DNA of 64,000 nucleotides from Arachnia sp. (GTDB lineage Bacteria; Actinomycetota; Actinomycetes; Propionibacteriales; Propionibacteriaceae). Under the pieces are notes generated by a model. The model ran no database searches and was not told the origin of the DNA. It saw only the letters and a program-made list of their open reading frames with translations. The translations under genes were made by a program, and so were the position numbers. Below, in pieces: positions 9,726 through 19,514 of the stretch. Each line of letters starts with the position of its first letter. Within the stretch, counting starts at the first letter, position 1. Location of the stretch: contig JBHAEB010000073.1 of the NCBI GenBank assembly GCA_041855345.1, positions 154 to 64,153 on the forward strand, given 5' to 3'.

Positions 9726-9761
9726 GCACCGAGGCTGTGAAATCAGCGGCATCATGGATGC

Positions 9762-10322
9762 ATGATCAGCGTGGATGACGCATTCGCCGCTTGCCCGCGT
9801 GCCCGGTTCCTGCCCACCGCCGTGCGTGGATTCGCGGATGAGGACCGACCATTACCGATCGGCTATGGCGCCACCAATTCCCAGCCGTGGACCGTGCACT
9901 ACATGTTGCATCAGCTGGACGTCGCCGAGGGGAATCGGGTGCTTGATGTGGGCGCTGGATCGGGATGGACCACAGCGCTGCTGGCCCACCTGGTGGGTGA
10001 GCAGGGACTGGTGGTTGGCGTCGACATCGTCGAAGAACTCGTTGCGATGGCGCGGGCCAACCTAGGTGAACCGACGCCCTGGGCGCGGGTGGAACTGGCG
10101 CAACCAGGGGCACTCGGTTGGCCAAAGGACGCTCCCTATGACCGGATCTTGGTATCTGCGGATGGTGGTCGGGTGCCCTCAGAGTTGACCGACCAGCTTG
10201 CCCCGGGTGGGCGAATGGTGCTGCCAGTAGCCGGGGCGATGCTCGTCGTTGACCGCGACCTCGACGGCTCCTTGACCCACCGGATCACCGAAACCAGGTT
10301 CAGCTTCGTGCCGCTCCGATAG
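9762..10322 (+). CDS. pcm: Protein-L-isoaspartate O-methyltransferase
   Basis: PLPIGYGATNSQP, VLDVGAGSGW, APYDRILVSA, QLAPGGRMVLP. Confidence 0.9.
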   Translation: MISVDDAFAACPRARFLPTAVRGFADEDRPLPIGYGATNSQPWTVHYMLHQLDVAEGNRVLDVGAGSGWTTALLAHLVGEQGLVVGVDIVEELVAMARANLGEPTPWARVELAQPGALGWPKDAPYDRILVSADGGRVPSELTDQLAPGGRMVLPVAGAMLVVDRDLDGSLTHRITETRFSFVPLR

Positions 10323-10408
10323 CCCCGAGACCAACCGCCATCTGCGACTCCTCCACGGCAACCCAAGGAATCACCGCCTGGTCCGATTTCCGCTAGCTAC
10401 CTCAGCGG

Positions 10409-11878
10409 GTGGGGGCGACAATGGGGGACATGAACTTGGATACCGAGGCCTGCTACCGCGCTTGTTTGGGGCGCGACTCGCGCTTCGACGGCCAGTTCTA
10501 TCTGGGAGTCCTCACCACCGGGATCTACTGCCTACCCTCCTGCCCAGCGCGCACCCCGCTGCCGCACAACTGCCGGTTCTTCCCGACTGCTGCGGCCGCA
10601 GTCGCGGCCGGATTTCGGGCCTGCCTCAGATGTCGTCCGGACCGATTGGTGGTCGGCCACCGGCGTCGCCATGGCGAGCTGGTTGATCGCGCCGTGCAAC
10701 TAATCCACGACGGTGTGGTCGACCGCGTCGGCGTGGCGGGGTTGGCTTCTCGGCTCCACGTCAGCCAACGCCACCTGCACCGACAGCTGGTTGCTGAGGT
10801 CGGTGCGGGCGCGCAGCAGCTGAATCAAACCCGCCGGGCCCAAGTGGCTCGAGCCCTGATCGACCAGACCACCATGACGCTGGCCGAGGTCGCCTTCGCA
10901 GCCGGGTTTGGCAGTATTCGACAGTTCAACGAAGTGCTCCGCGCAGAGTTTGGCGTCCCGCCTTCGGCTCTGCGCCGGGCACCGGCGGAGGCACGGAATG
11001 AGTCTTTGGCCGACCCCGAGCTAGCTTTGCGCCTGCCTTACCGGCCGCCGCTTGCCTGGGATGCGCTGCGCGCCGCCCTTCAGGCCCATGCCGTGGCCGA
11101 CGTCGAGTCGGTCACTGAAACTACACACACCAGATTGGTGCCGACGACAACCGGAGGCGCGCTGGCCACCGTCGCCTGGCCGTTGGCCCCCACCGACACC
11201 GTCGGGGTGAAGCTGCGGCTCACTACTCTTACCGACCTGCTGCCTGCAATCACCGCGATGCGCCGTTGGCTCGACCTCGACGCAGATCCTGGCATCGTCG
11301 ATGAAGCCCTCTCCACCGACGAGACCTTATCGCCGCTGGTTGCGGCCCGTCCTGGAATGCGGGTACCAGGCGCGGTCGATGGCGCAGAGTTTGCGCTATT
11401 CACAGTCCTTGGTCAGCGGATCTCATTGAAGTCGGCCTTGACGGTGCAGGCTCGGCTCGTCGCCGAGTTCGGGATACCCGCTGGGCCTGGCGGTCCCTGG
11501 CGAAGAATGGAGCCTGCGGCCCTGGTTGAGGCAGGAGCGGATCGGATCCGCGAGGCACTGCGCCTGCCCCAAGCTAAGGCACAGACGCTGTATGCGCTAG
11601 CCGTGGAGTTGGCAGGCGGGTTGGAGCTGAGCCCGGGGGCAGACCCCAACCGGACCCGCGCCCGACTGACCGCGATCCACGGGATAGGGGAGTGGACGGC
11701 CGAGTTCATCGCCATGCGCGCCCTAGCCGATCCGGATGCCTGCCCCACAGCCGATCTGGTGTTGGCTCGGGCATTAGGGGTGGCCCCCGGCCGCCCCGTC
11801 AGCCGTCGTGCCGAACCCTGGCGTCCCTGGCGGGCATACGCCACCATGCATCTTTGGACGAAGGAGAGCTACCTATGA
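10409..11878 (+). CDS. alkA: AdaA-AlkA fusion (methylation-sensing regulator / 3-methyladenine DNA glycosylase)
   Basis: Ada Zn motif GIYCLPSCPAR...FRACLRCRP, AraC HTH FAAGFGSIRQFN, HhH GIGEWTA, WRPWRAYA. Start may be 10421 or 10430. Confidence 0.93.
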   Translation: MGATMGDMNLDTEACYRACLGRDSRFDGQFYLGVLTTGIYCLPSCPARTPLPHNCRFFPTAAAAVAAGFRACLRCRPDRLVVGHRRRHGELVDRAVQLIHDGVVDRVGVAGLASRLHVSQRHLHRQLVAEVGAGAQQLNQTRRAQVARALIDQTTMTLAEVAFAAGFGSIRQFNEVLRAEFGVPPSALRRAPAEARNESLADPELALRLPYRPPLAWDALRAALQAHAVADVESVTETTHTRLVPTTTGGALATVAWPLAPTDTVGVKLRLTTLTDLLPAITAMRRWLDLDADPGIVDEALSTDETLSPLVAARPGMRVPGAVDGAEFALFTVLGQRISLKSALTVQARLVAEFGIPAGPGGPWRRMEPAALVEAGADRIREALRLPQAKAQTLYALAVELAGGLELSPGADPNRTRARLTAIHGIGEWTAEFIAMRALADPDACPTADLVLARALGVAPGRPVSRRAEPWRPWRAYATMHLWTKESYL

Positions 11879-12330
11879 GGATCACAGTCGACATCTGCGG
11901 TCACCCATTCCATGCGCTGGTCGACGGCGAGGTCGTAACCTTCGCCACCTTCGGCGAGACGCCCGAGGTGCCACAGGCCGCGCCAGACCACCCGGTCGCA
12001 GTGGCGCTGCGGGCCTACGCGGCGGGAGATGTGGCCGCCCTGGATCGGATTGAGGTACGCCAACCGGGCACCGAGTTCCGTCAGCAGGTGTGGGCGGCAC
12101 TACGCGGTGTCGCCCCCGGCAACCCGATCAGCTATACCGAGCTTGCCAGCCGCATCGGGCGTCCGAAGGCGGTGCGGGCTGCCGCGTCAGGGTGTGCGAC
12201 GAACGGCGTGCCGCTGATCGTGCCCTGCCACCGGGTGACCCGATCCGACGGTTCCTTGGGCGGCTACCTATTTGGGACCCAACTCAAGCAGCGTCTCCTC
12301 GAACACGAGGCCGCCCACTTCAACGGTTAG
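11875..12330 (+). CDS. ogt: Methylated-DNA--protein-cysteine methyltransferase
   Basis: GTEFRQQVW and PCHRV active site; ATGA overlap with alkA. Confidence 0.93.
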   Translation: MRITVDICGHPFHALVDGEVVTFATFGETPEVPQAAPDHPVAVALRAYAAGDVAALDRIEVRQPGTEFRQQVWAALRGVAPGNPISYTELASRIGRPKAVRAAASGCATNGVPLIVPCHRVTRSDGSLGGYLFGTQLKQRLLEHEAAHFNG

Positions 12331-12349
12331 CCGAGGTGGCTGAGCTGGA

Positions 12350-14275
12350 TCAGGCCCGCCAGGTACGCCACAGGCTGGCGTACTGACCATCCAACGCCAT
12401 CAGCTCGTCGTGGGAGCCCAGCTCGACGATCCGGCCGTCGTCGACCACTGCGATCCGGTCCGCGTCGTGGGCTGTGTGCAGCCGGTGCGCGATCGCGACC
12501 ACAGCTCGCCCATCCAGCAGAGCCGACATCGATCCCTCCACCTGCCTGGCCGAGGTCGGGTCGATCAGCGAGGTAGCCTCATCCAGCACGAGGGTGTGCG
12601 GGTTAGCGACGATCAGCCGCGCCAATGCCACCTGTTGGGCCTGGGCGGGGGTCAAGGCGTTCTTGCCGTGCCCCACCTCAGAGTCGATCCCCTTCGGTAG
12701 TTGTGACACCCATTCCCAGGCACCGACGGCCCGCAGCGCAGCCTCCACGTCCTCGACTGTGGCCGTCGACTCGCGGGCCAACACCACGTTGTCCCGCACG
12801 GTACCGACGAAGATGTGATGCTCCTGGGTCACCAGCGCTACCTCGGTGCGCAGCACATCCAGCGGCAGATCCATCACATCCACCTCGCCGACGGTCACCA
12901 CGCCTTCACGCGGCCGGTTGATGCCCGCCACCAGCCGAGCCAACGTCGACTTGCCCGAACCTGACGGCCCCACCACCGCCAGCCGCTCCCCAGGAACCAG
13001 GTCCATGTCAACGCCGTGGAGCACGTCCACGTCGGGGCGATACCCGAACCGCAATCCAGTGCCCGTCAGTTTCACACTGTTGGGCAGCGCCTCGCCAGGA
13101 GCGCGATCCTCGGGTACCTGCGCCACACCAATCAGGCGTGCCGTCGATACCAAGCCCAGTTGCAGGGTATCCAGGGTGTCCATTAACCGGTCCAACGGCG
13201 CCTGCAGCTGCGAGATATAGAGCGCCGCCGTGGTGATCTGTCCGATCGTGACCCAGCCCTCCGAATGGCCCCAGGTGCCCAGCAGCACGATCCCCACCAG
13301 CGGCAGCTGGAAGGAGAAGTCGACCATCCCGTACAGCAGGTTCCGCAGCGTCAGGGTGTAACGCTCAGCCTGCGCACTAACCTCGGTGTCCTCGTCGAGC
13401 TGTGCGATCCGCAGCTCTCCCATCCCCAGCGCCTCGACGGTGCGAGCACCCTCCACGCTTTCAGTCAATGTGGTGTTGATCACCGAATAGGAGCGCGACT
13501 CGGTGACATACCCAGCGGGCGCTCGCGAGAGGTAGTAGCGCCCGCCCAGGAACATGATCACTGCCGTCGCCACTAGCGGCAATGTCAGCAACCAGCTGTT
13601 GAGCAACATCGCTACCAAGCTCGCCACGATCATGGCGACCGAGACGGTGAACAGCGGCAGCGCTCGCCTGGCCGCGCTCGCCACCTTCGACACATCGGAG
13701 GTGATGCGGGTCAGCAGGTCACCCGAGCCCGACGATTCGACATAGCCCAGCGGCAGCCGCAGCACGATCCGCACGACCTCTTCCCGGGCAGCGGCCAGCA
13801 GGTCGTAGCCCAGCACCGCGGAGACCCGCCGGGCGAGGAAGGTCGCAGCCGCGTGCAGAACCACCACGCCCGCCACCACCAGGGTCAGCGCGGTCACGTC
13901 GTCGATGCCCAGTCGACCACCGGCGACGTCATCCACGAGCCGACCCAATAGGAAGGGCGCGATCAAACCGATGACGGCGGCCAATAGGTTCCCGACTACC
14001 GCCCACACCAGCAGCGCCCGGCGGTTGCGCAGCAGTCGGCCCAGGAAGCCGACTGCGGTGCGGGCCGAGGCGACGGGAAAGCCTTGGGCCGGGTGGCGGG
14101 CGTCGTGGTAGACCTCACGGGCTTGGGCCGTACGCAGATGATGCCGCCGAAGCAGCGCCCGTATCCGAGGCCCGATTCCGCGGGCGCGCGGCTGCCGCAA
14201 CCCCTCCGGGACGCGCGGCTCGGCAGGCTCGGTTCGCCACGTCTCGGCCGAGCCACGTAGTCGTTGACTCGTCAC
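12350..14275 (-). CDS. ABC exporter fused permease/ATPase subunit (canonical NBD)
   Basis: TMD plus GPSGSGKST, LVLDEATS, AHRL. GTG at 14275 overlaps the upstream stop. Confidence 0.92.
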   Translation of the reverse strand: MTSQRLRGSAETWRTEPAEPRVPEGLRQPRARGIGPRIRALLRRHHLRTAQAREVYHDARHPAQGFPVASARTAVGFLGRLLRNRRALLVWAVVGNLLAAVIGLIAPFLLGRLVDDVAGGRLGIDDVTALTLVVAGVVVLHAAATFLARRVSAVLGYDLLAAAREEVVRIVLRLPLGYVESSGSGDLLTRITSDVSKVASAARRALPLFTVSVAMIVASLVAMLLNSWLLTLPLVATAVIMFLGGRYYLSRAPAGYVTESRSYSVINTTLTESVEGARTVEALGMGELRIAQLDEDTEVSAQAERYTLTLRNLLYGMVDFSFQLPLVGIVLLGTWGHSEGWVTIGQITTAALYISQLQAPLDRLMDTLDTLQLGLVSTARLIGVAQVPEDRAPGEALPNSVKLTGTGLRFGYRPDVDVLHGVDMDLVPGERLAVVGPSGSGKSTLARLVAGINRPREGVVTVGEVDVMDLPLDVLRTEVALVTQEHHIFVGTVRDNVVLARESTATVEDVEAALRAVGAWEWVSQLPKGIDSEVGHGKNALTPAQAQQVALARLIVANPHTLVLDEATSLIDPTSARQVEGSMSALLDGRAVVAIAHRLHTAHDADRIAVVDDGRIVELGSHDELMALDGQYASLWRTWRA

Positions 14276-16122
14276 TGGTCCTCCATTCCGCGCGCGATAA
14301 TTCGGTGGTATTCGGGATCGTCGTGCAGGGATTCGTGATTGCCGCGGGCAACGACACGCTCTGCCCGCAGCACCGCCACCTCGTCGCACAGCCGTAGCCA
14401 CAGCGGAGATGCGGTGACGACGACGGTGGTGCGGCCGCGTCGATGCTCGGCCAGCCGCTGGGCGATGCGGGCCTCGGTGTGGGCATCGACGGCTGAGGTG
14501 GGCTCCACGAGGATCAGCACCTCGGGGTCCAGTAGTAGGGCCCGGGCCAGGATCAGCCGCTGCCGCTGACCTCCGGACAGACCGCGGCCTTTCTCGTCGA
14601 TGCGGCCCTGCCAGCCGCCCGGCAGCATCTCGAAGATGTCCTCTGCTGAGGCGACGATCAGGGCCTCCTCCGCCTGGGCGCGGGTGTGGGTGCCCCACGG
14701 GTCCACTGCGTTTTGCAGCGTGCCGGCGAACAGCGCCGCCCCAGTGTCGGAGACGACGATATGGCGCCTGATGGCAGCTGGGTCAAGGTCGCGGTAGTCG
14801 ATGCTGTCGGCGGTGACTCCCCAGGGCTTACTGGCCATTTCCGCGTCTCGCTCGGCTTGGCGGCGGTGTTCAGCGATCCGCTCCTTCCGGGTTCTCCGCT
14901 TGGCCCCTCCGGATAACGTGACCTCGTCGACCGAGGCTGGGGCCTGCCCCGCCAGATATCGACCCAGCCGGTCGGCCAGCGCGGCGGAGGCATTCAGATC
15001 AGCGGAGACCAGCCCCAGCAACTGGCCGGGGTGCACCTCGAGGCCGGAGCGCTCGTCGCGCAGGATCGCGGATTTCGACAGGGCCTGGGTGCCGCTGCTC
15101 CAGGGGCTTTGGGCGCCGAGTAAGGACGCGGCTCGCTGCGCGCTGACCAGGCCTTGGACCCACCTTTGAGCGAAGGTGAAGAAGGCCTGCATCGGGCCGG
15201 TGAGGAACATCGCGTAGCCGAAGAAGCTGATGAGCTGCCCAACGCTGAGCGTTCCTGCCAGGAGCTGCCGCGAGCCAAGGTAGACCAAGGCCGCCAGCAA
15301 TAGTCCAGACAGCAGCACGCTGAGCGCCTCAACGATTCCTTGCCAGGTGCCGAGCCTCACACCCAATCCGCGGACCCGCTGCGACTGGCGCCGATAATTC
15401 TCCGCGAAGGTGCGCTCGCCGCCGATGCCGCGCAGGATCCGCAGCCCGGTGGCGATGTCGGTGGCCATGGAGGTGAGCGTCGAATTTTCGCTGCGCTCGG
15501 CGGCTTGGGCTGCGGTCAGTGGCCGCAGTACCGGAACGGATGAGCCCAGCAATAGCGGGGTGGCGACCAGGATGATCAGGGCCAGCTCGACCGAGGTGGT
15601 GAACATCAAGGTGCAGGCGATGAGGAAGCTGATGGCTGCGGCTACCGCGTGCCCGAAGGCCTCAATGGTTTCGGCGAACTGGTCGGTGTCCGAGGAGGAG
15701 ACACTGAGGACCTCACCGGTAGGGAGTCGTCGATTCAACACGTGGCCAAGGGCCGCGGCTCGCCGCGCCACGCGTCGCTGAATGCCGTAGATGCTGAGCA
15801 GCCACATCCGCACTGCGAATGTGTGATACCAGATGCCGCCCATGACGCCGAAGGCGATGACGATCAACAGCAGCGCCACCCAGCCGACGGTGGCCCAGGC
15901 GTCGCCGCGCGCGATGCCGGCGTCGATGGCGCGGCCCAGCAGCCAGGGGGTGAGTGCGCCGGGCACCATCCAGCTCGCGGCGGCGAGGGTCATGGCGGGC
16001 ACAACCCAGCCCTGGCTACGGATCAGCCACCACAGGAATCGGCTGGGGGATCGGGTATCTGGGGTGTCATCGGGCGCGATGACAGGCGGGAAATCATAGG
16101 CGCCACGTTGGGGCGTGAGCAT
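14272..16122 (-). CDS. ABC exporter fused permease/ATPase subunit (degenerate NBD)
   Basis: TMD plus LSGGQRQR; Walker A degenerate (VSADLNASA); Walker B LILVEPTSAVD. Confidence 0.92.
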   Translation of the reverse strand: MLTPQRGAYDFPPVIAPDDTPDTRSPSRFLWWLIRSQGWVVPAMTLAAASWMVPGALTPWLLGRAIDAGIARGDAWATVGWVALLLIVIAFGVMGGIWYHTFAVRMWLLSIYGIQRRVARRAAALGHVLNRRLPTGEVLSVSSSDTDQFAETIEAFGHAVAAAISFLIACTLMFTTSVELALIILVATPLLLGSSVPVLRPLTAAQAAERSENSTLTSMATDIATGLRILRGIGGERTFAENYRRQSQRVRGLGVRLGTWQGIVEALSVLLSGLLLAALVYLGSRQLLAGTLSVGQLISFFGYAMFLTGPMQAFFTFAQRWVQGLVSAQRAASLLGAQSPWSSGTQALSKSAILRDERSGLEVHPGQLLGLVSADLNASAALADRLGRYLAGQAPASVDEVTLSGGAKRRTRKERIAEHRRQAERDAEMASKPWGVTADSIDYRDLDPAAIRRHIVVSDTGAALFAGTLQNAVDPWGTHTRAQAEEALIVASAEDIFEMLPGGWQGRIDEKGRGLSGGQRQRLILARALLLDPEVLILVEPTSAVDAHTEARIAQRLAEHRRGRTTVVVTASPLWLRLCDEVAVLRAERVVARGNHESLHDDPEYHRIIARGMEDQ

Positions 16123-16200
16123 GGGTAATCCTTGGGCGCGCAGGGCGCAGGTAGCAGAGTCGAGGAGGGGACGCTGAGCGTCAGGAGCGCAAGCGGAAGA

Positions 16201-16248
16201 TCAACGCTTAGGGGTGGAGGACACCCAGGTGGAAGTAATAGCTGCCAT
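16201..16248 (-). CDS. Putative leader peptide MAAITSTWVSSTPKR of the ABC exporter operon
   Basis: Strong SD AGGAGGTG (16261-16254) 5 nt before ATG 16248; stop at 16201, 78 nt upstream of the ABC start. Confidence 0.65.
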   Translation of the reverse strand: MAAITSTWVSSTPKR

Positions 16249-16396
16249 TGGGACACCTCCTCACTCGACGGTGCCAGTCACGCTACGCCGGTTCTGGGGT
16301 GTAGTCAACCGTCGCCGGGAGGTCGCAGGACAGTGACACGGCGAACCGACCCACCGGGACCGCTGCGATACTGTGCTCCGCTTGCGATGGCCAGAC

Positions 16397-16945
16397 TCAC
16401 CAGTAGGGATGAGCGGCATGGACCGGGTTGAACTGTGCCGAGTTGAACCATTCCCACTCCAAGCGGGCATGAAGTCCTAAAAACTCGTCAATGAACAGCA
16501 ACCGGTTCTCGGCAAACAGCGCTTCCAGTTCCCATGTCCCATCCTGAGAACTCAGCTCAATCGCCAGTAGCACGAAGGAACATGGGGAGTTTGCCTGTTT
16601 AGGCACGATCAAGGGGTCGACGTCGAAGCATTCGGTGAATACATCGTCGGCTTGTAGCCGGGATGCCGTGTGGTGAGCCAGAACAGCAAGGCGGGCGCCT
16701 CCGTCGCGCTCAAGGGTACGGTCACCCAACTCCTGGAATCCGCGCGCCAACTCCTCTCGACATTGTTCATGGGGCATAGTGGCGAATCCCTCCAGGGCCG
16801 ACCACTGGCCAGGTGTTGGGCCGGTGGCTTCGGATTCAAGGTCGACCCAGACGTTGACCGCGAAGCCCAATGACTCAACTAGAACCGGTTCCGTCGACTC
16901 AAATTCGCGCCACTCTGGGTCATATCGCCACTGTGAATCGTCCAT
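16397..16945 (-). CDS. Acidic hypothetical protein
   Basis: Protein-like ORF with probable start MDDSQW; no recognised motif. Confidence 0.6.
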   Translation of the reverse strand: MDDSQWRYDPEWREFESTEPVLVESLGFAVNVWVDLESEATGPTPGQWSALEGFATMPHEQCREELARGFQELGDRTLERDGGARLAVLAHHTASRLQADDVFTECFDVDPLIVPKQANSPCSFVLLAIELSSQDGTWELEALFAENRLLFIDEFLGLHARLEWEWFNSAQFNPVHAAHPYW

Positions 16946-17342
16946 GGGCTCTACCCTTCCAGGCATCCCGGCACTTCTGCCACGTCCCAGCCCAACGTCA
17001 GAGTTTCCCTGTCATCCGGGAATATCATGAACCGCCGCTGCGCTCTCGGTCGTCCGCCCTGGAAGTACGGATCTGTGGCCGCCACCGCTATGACTGTCGT
17101 GACGGGCAGTACCGCGCATCTGGTCCCGCAGGAAGTACCCGATTTGCGGCGTCGTCGCGCCTAGCCGAACCAGGGGTGGAGCACTACGGCTCAGACAGCG
17201 TCCCAGCGTCACAAGACGCGGCCATCCGAATCTGGGGCGAGACCAGAGCAGCTTCCGGGTTTGAAGGTGACCTGAGCCGAGGATCTGGCCAGGCCCAACC
17301 GATTGCGGGGCGCATCTGACCATCATCGGTGGTCAGGAGGGA

Positions 17343-17550
17343 CTGGATCCTCCGGATGGGGATGGAGTCAGCCCCCCAAACAGGTATCAACCATCAGACA
17401 GGGCTGGATCGCCGGGATGGGGATGGAGTAGCGCATGGATTTGTGGAACTCCGGGTGGGTGTAGTGGCTAGATCTCTCGGGTGGGGGTTGGTGTGCTCGG
17501 TCTGTGCATCGAACTGCAAGAGTGTGGCTGAATCGCCGGGATGGGGCCCC
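17343..17550. repeat. Degenerate direct repeats with about 61-bp period
   Basis: CTGGATCCTCCGGATGGGGATGGAGT (17343) and CTGGATCGCCGGGATGGGGATGGAGT (17404), weaker copies near 17467 and 17528. Confidence 0.6.
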
Positions 17551-17613
17551 TGGTGGGTTGCAAATTTGGATGCTGGTGCCCGCCGCGGCCCTTCGCGCTG
17601 CTAACGTCACGCC

Positions 17614-18150
17614 ATGCAGTCCTTCAAGTTCTCCACGGCTCTGGTGCGTTTCTACCTTAAGGGTCAACTCAGCGTGGATCTTTCGGTGGTGCACCTGCAG
17701 CTGCCCCAGTCCCTGCTGGGGATTTTTCCCGTGGGCGTCCATAAAGAGGCCATCTCGCTGAAACACATCAGTAGCGTGAAAAGAAACTTCATCATCGCGG
17801 GAAGGTTATGCCTATTCGGGCTGGGCTTTGTCGCCTTTGGCCTATTTGCGGAGCCGTATTTCCCCATCCAGATCGTCCAAGCGCACCCCATGGAGTTGGG
17901 CATCCTTTTGCGGCTTGCCGTGGTGTTGGGCATCGTGATGGTTCTCGCGTCGTTCAGCCATGTCGTCTATATCGAGAAGGACGGTCGCGATATCGCATGG
18001 ACCATGCCCTTCTACGAAGGCAAGAAGGCGCGGGACATCGAATCAGTGCTTACCGTGAAACTCTATGACGATGCCGACAAGACCGATCTTGGACTCCACG
18101 GTTTCAAGCAAACGGGTTCGAGCAGACCACCGGAGCTCAACCAGCCGTAG
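17614..18150 (+). CDS. Hypothetical membrane protein
   Basis: Two hydrophobic segments; no recognised family. Confidence 0.7.
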   Translation: MQSFKFSTALVRFYLKGQLSVDLSVVHLQLPQSLLGIFPVGVHKEAISLKHISSVKRNFIIAGRLCLFGLGFVAFGLFAEPYFPIQIVQAHPMELGILLRLAVVLGIVMVLASFSHVVYIEKDGRDIAWTMPFYEGKKARDIESVLTVKLYDDADKTDLGLHGFKQTGSSRPPELNQP

Positions 18151-18276
18151 ACCAGGTCCCGACTCCACGCCAGCGGTTATGCCTCGCCCATCGGATCGTG
18201 CCAGTGAGGGTAGAACGGGTGACGAATCCACAGCAGAGGCTATGACGCTACATGCCGGAGCGGGCACACTAGGGAC

Positions 18277-18990
18277 ATGAGTCTGCTTGAGGTGATAGCC
18301 CTCCATGCAGCCGACGCGCAGCGAGCCGAAGAAGGCGGCGCGGATCGGATCGAACTGGTGGGCACCATGGATGAAGGCGGCATGTCCCCCGAGCCCGTCA
18401 CAGTCGCAAAGGTGCGACGAGCCACCTCCATTCAGGTGCGTCCCATGGTGCGATTGCGCCCGGGATTCCGTACCGATGGCGGTGAAGCCACCCGGCTGAA
18501 AGGGTTGATCTCTGCCTATCTGGATGAGGGCGCCGACGGCGTGGTCTTAGGTTTCCTCAACGGTCACGCCGCCGTCGACCTCGAGGTGTGTTGGGAGTTG
18601 GTTGGCGACGGCGCCTTCCCCTGGACCTTCCACCGCGCCATTGATCACTGCCTAGACCAAGACGACGCCTGGGCTGATGTATTGAAACTCCCAGCCGTAG
18701 ACCAAGTACTGACCGCAGGCTCCACGCGTGGTGTCGAGTACGGCATCGATGATCTGCTGGCCAGAGCCCGCAACGATCAACGTGCCGCCCAGCTCATCAT
18801 GGCTGGTGGCGGTTTGGCCCCCGAACATGTGCCCTGGCTGGTCCGCGCTGGGGTGAGGGCCTTCCATATCGGCTCCCCAGCTCGCCCAGGAGGCAGCTAC
18901 AAAGCCTATGTTGACGTCGATCTGGTGCGTTCCTGGCGAGATCTCATCGACGAACAGGTCCAGGCAGAGCGGCAGCGACACCAGCGATGA
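18277..18990 (+). CDS. cutC: CutC family protein
   Basis: LEVIA, GGADRIEL, GGMSP, TFHRAID, VLTAG, IMAGGG. Confidence 0.92.
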   Translation: MSLLEVIALHAADAQRAEEGGADRIELVGTMDEGGMSPEPVTVAKVRRATSIQVRPMVRLRPGFRTDGGEATRLKGLISAYLDEGADGVVLGFLNGHAAVDLEVCWELVGDGAFPWTFHRAIDHCLDQDDAWADVLKLPAVDQVLTAGSTRGVEYGIDDLLARARNDQRAAQLIMAGGGLAPEHVPWLVRAGVRAFHIGSPARPGGSYKAYVDVDLVRSWRDLIDEQVQAERQRHQR

Positions 18991-19514
18991 GACCGTGGAA
19001 GCTGCGTATTGCTGCTCGGGTTGTACTCCTCCACGACGATCATGTGCTGTTGATATCCGACTCCGATCCCGGGGTTGCTGGTTCTTCCTGGTGGGTGCTG
19101 CCAGGAGGGGGAGTCGATCCCGGTGAGCCACTGGCAGTGGCGGCAACTCGTGAGGTCGCAGAGGAAACCGGGCTGCTGCTCAGCCCAGCGGATCTCTCCG
19201 GACCAGTTGCCACCCGGCGCGTGGTGCATGGCTACTCCGACCGCATCCGGATCCAAGATGAGTCCTTCTTCGTCGCTACCGTGACCCGATTCCAACCCAC
19301 CAGCGCGGGTTGGACCACCGACGAACACAGCCGGATGAATGGGTTTGGTTGGTTCTCAATCACAGACCTGCCCCACAGCCTGTGGCCAGCCGCCCTGCCG
19401 CAACTGCTGCAGACTGACCTTCACCCCCTGGACCTTGGGCAGATCGAAGAATCCACGGTCCCGCTGACCACCGAGGAGTGGGTCAGGATCAACGACGGTG
19501 TGCCATCCCGGTAG
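18987..19514 (+). CDS. NUDIX hydrolase
   Basis: Nudix box GGGVDPGEPLAVAATREVAEETGL. Confidence 0.92.
   Translation: MRPWKLRIAARVVLLHDDHVLLISDSDPGVAGSSWWVLPGGGVDPGEPLAVAATREVAEETGLLLSPADLSGPVATRRVVHGYSDRIRIQDESFFVATVTRFQPTSAGWTTDEHSRMNGFGWFSITDLPHSLWPAALPQLLQTDLHPLDLGQIEESTVPLTTEEWVRINDGVPSR

Noticed and set aside
9595-9760. T-box leader for leuS
   Set aside because: Too short and no T-box motif; the leader-peptide attenuator explains it.
14276-14698. N-terminal extension of the 782-aa ABC ORF
   Set aside because: Overlaps the upstream ABC gene; the real start is GTG 14275.
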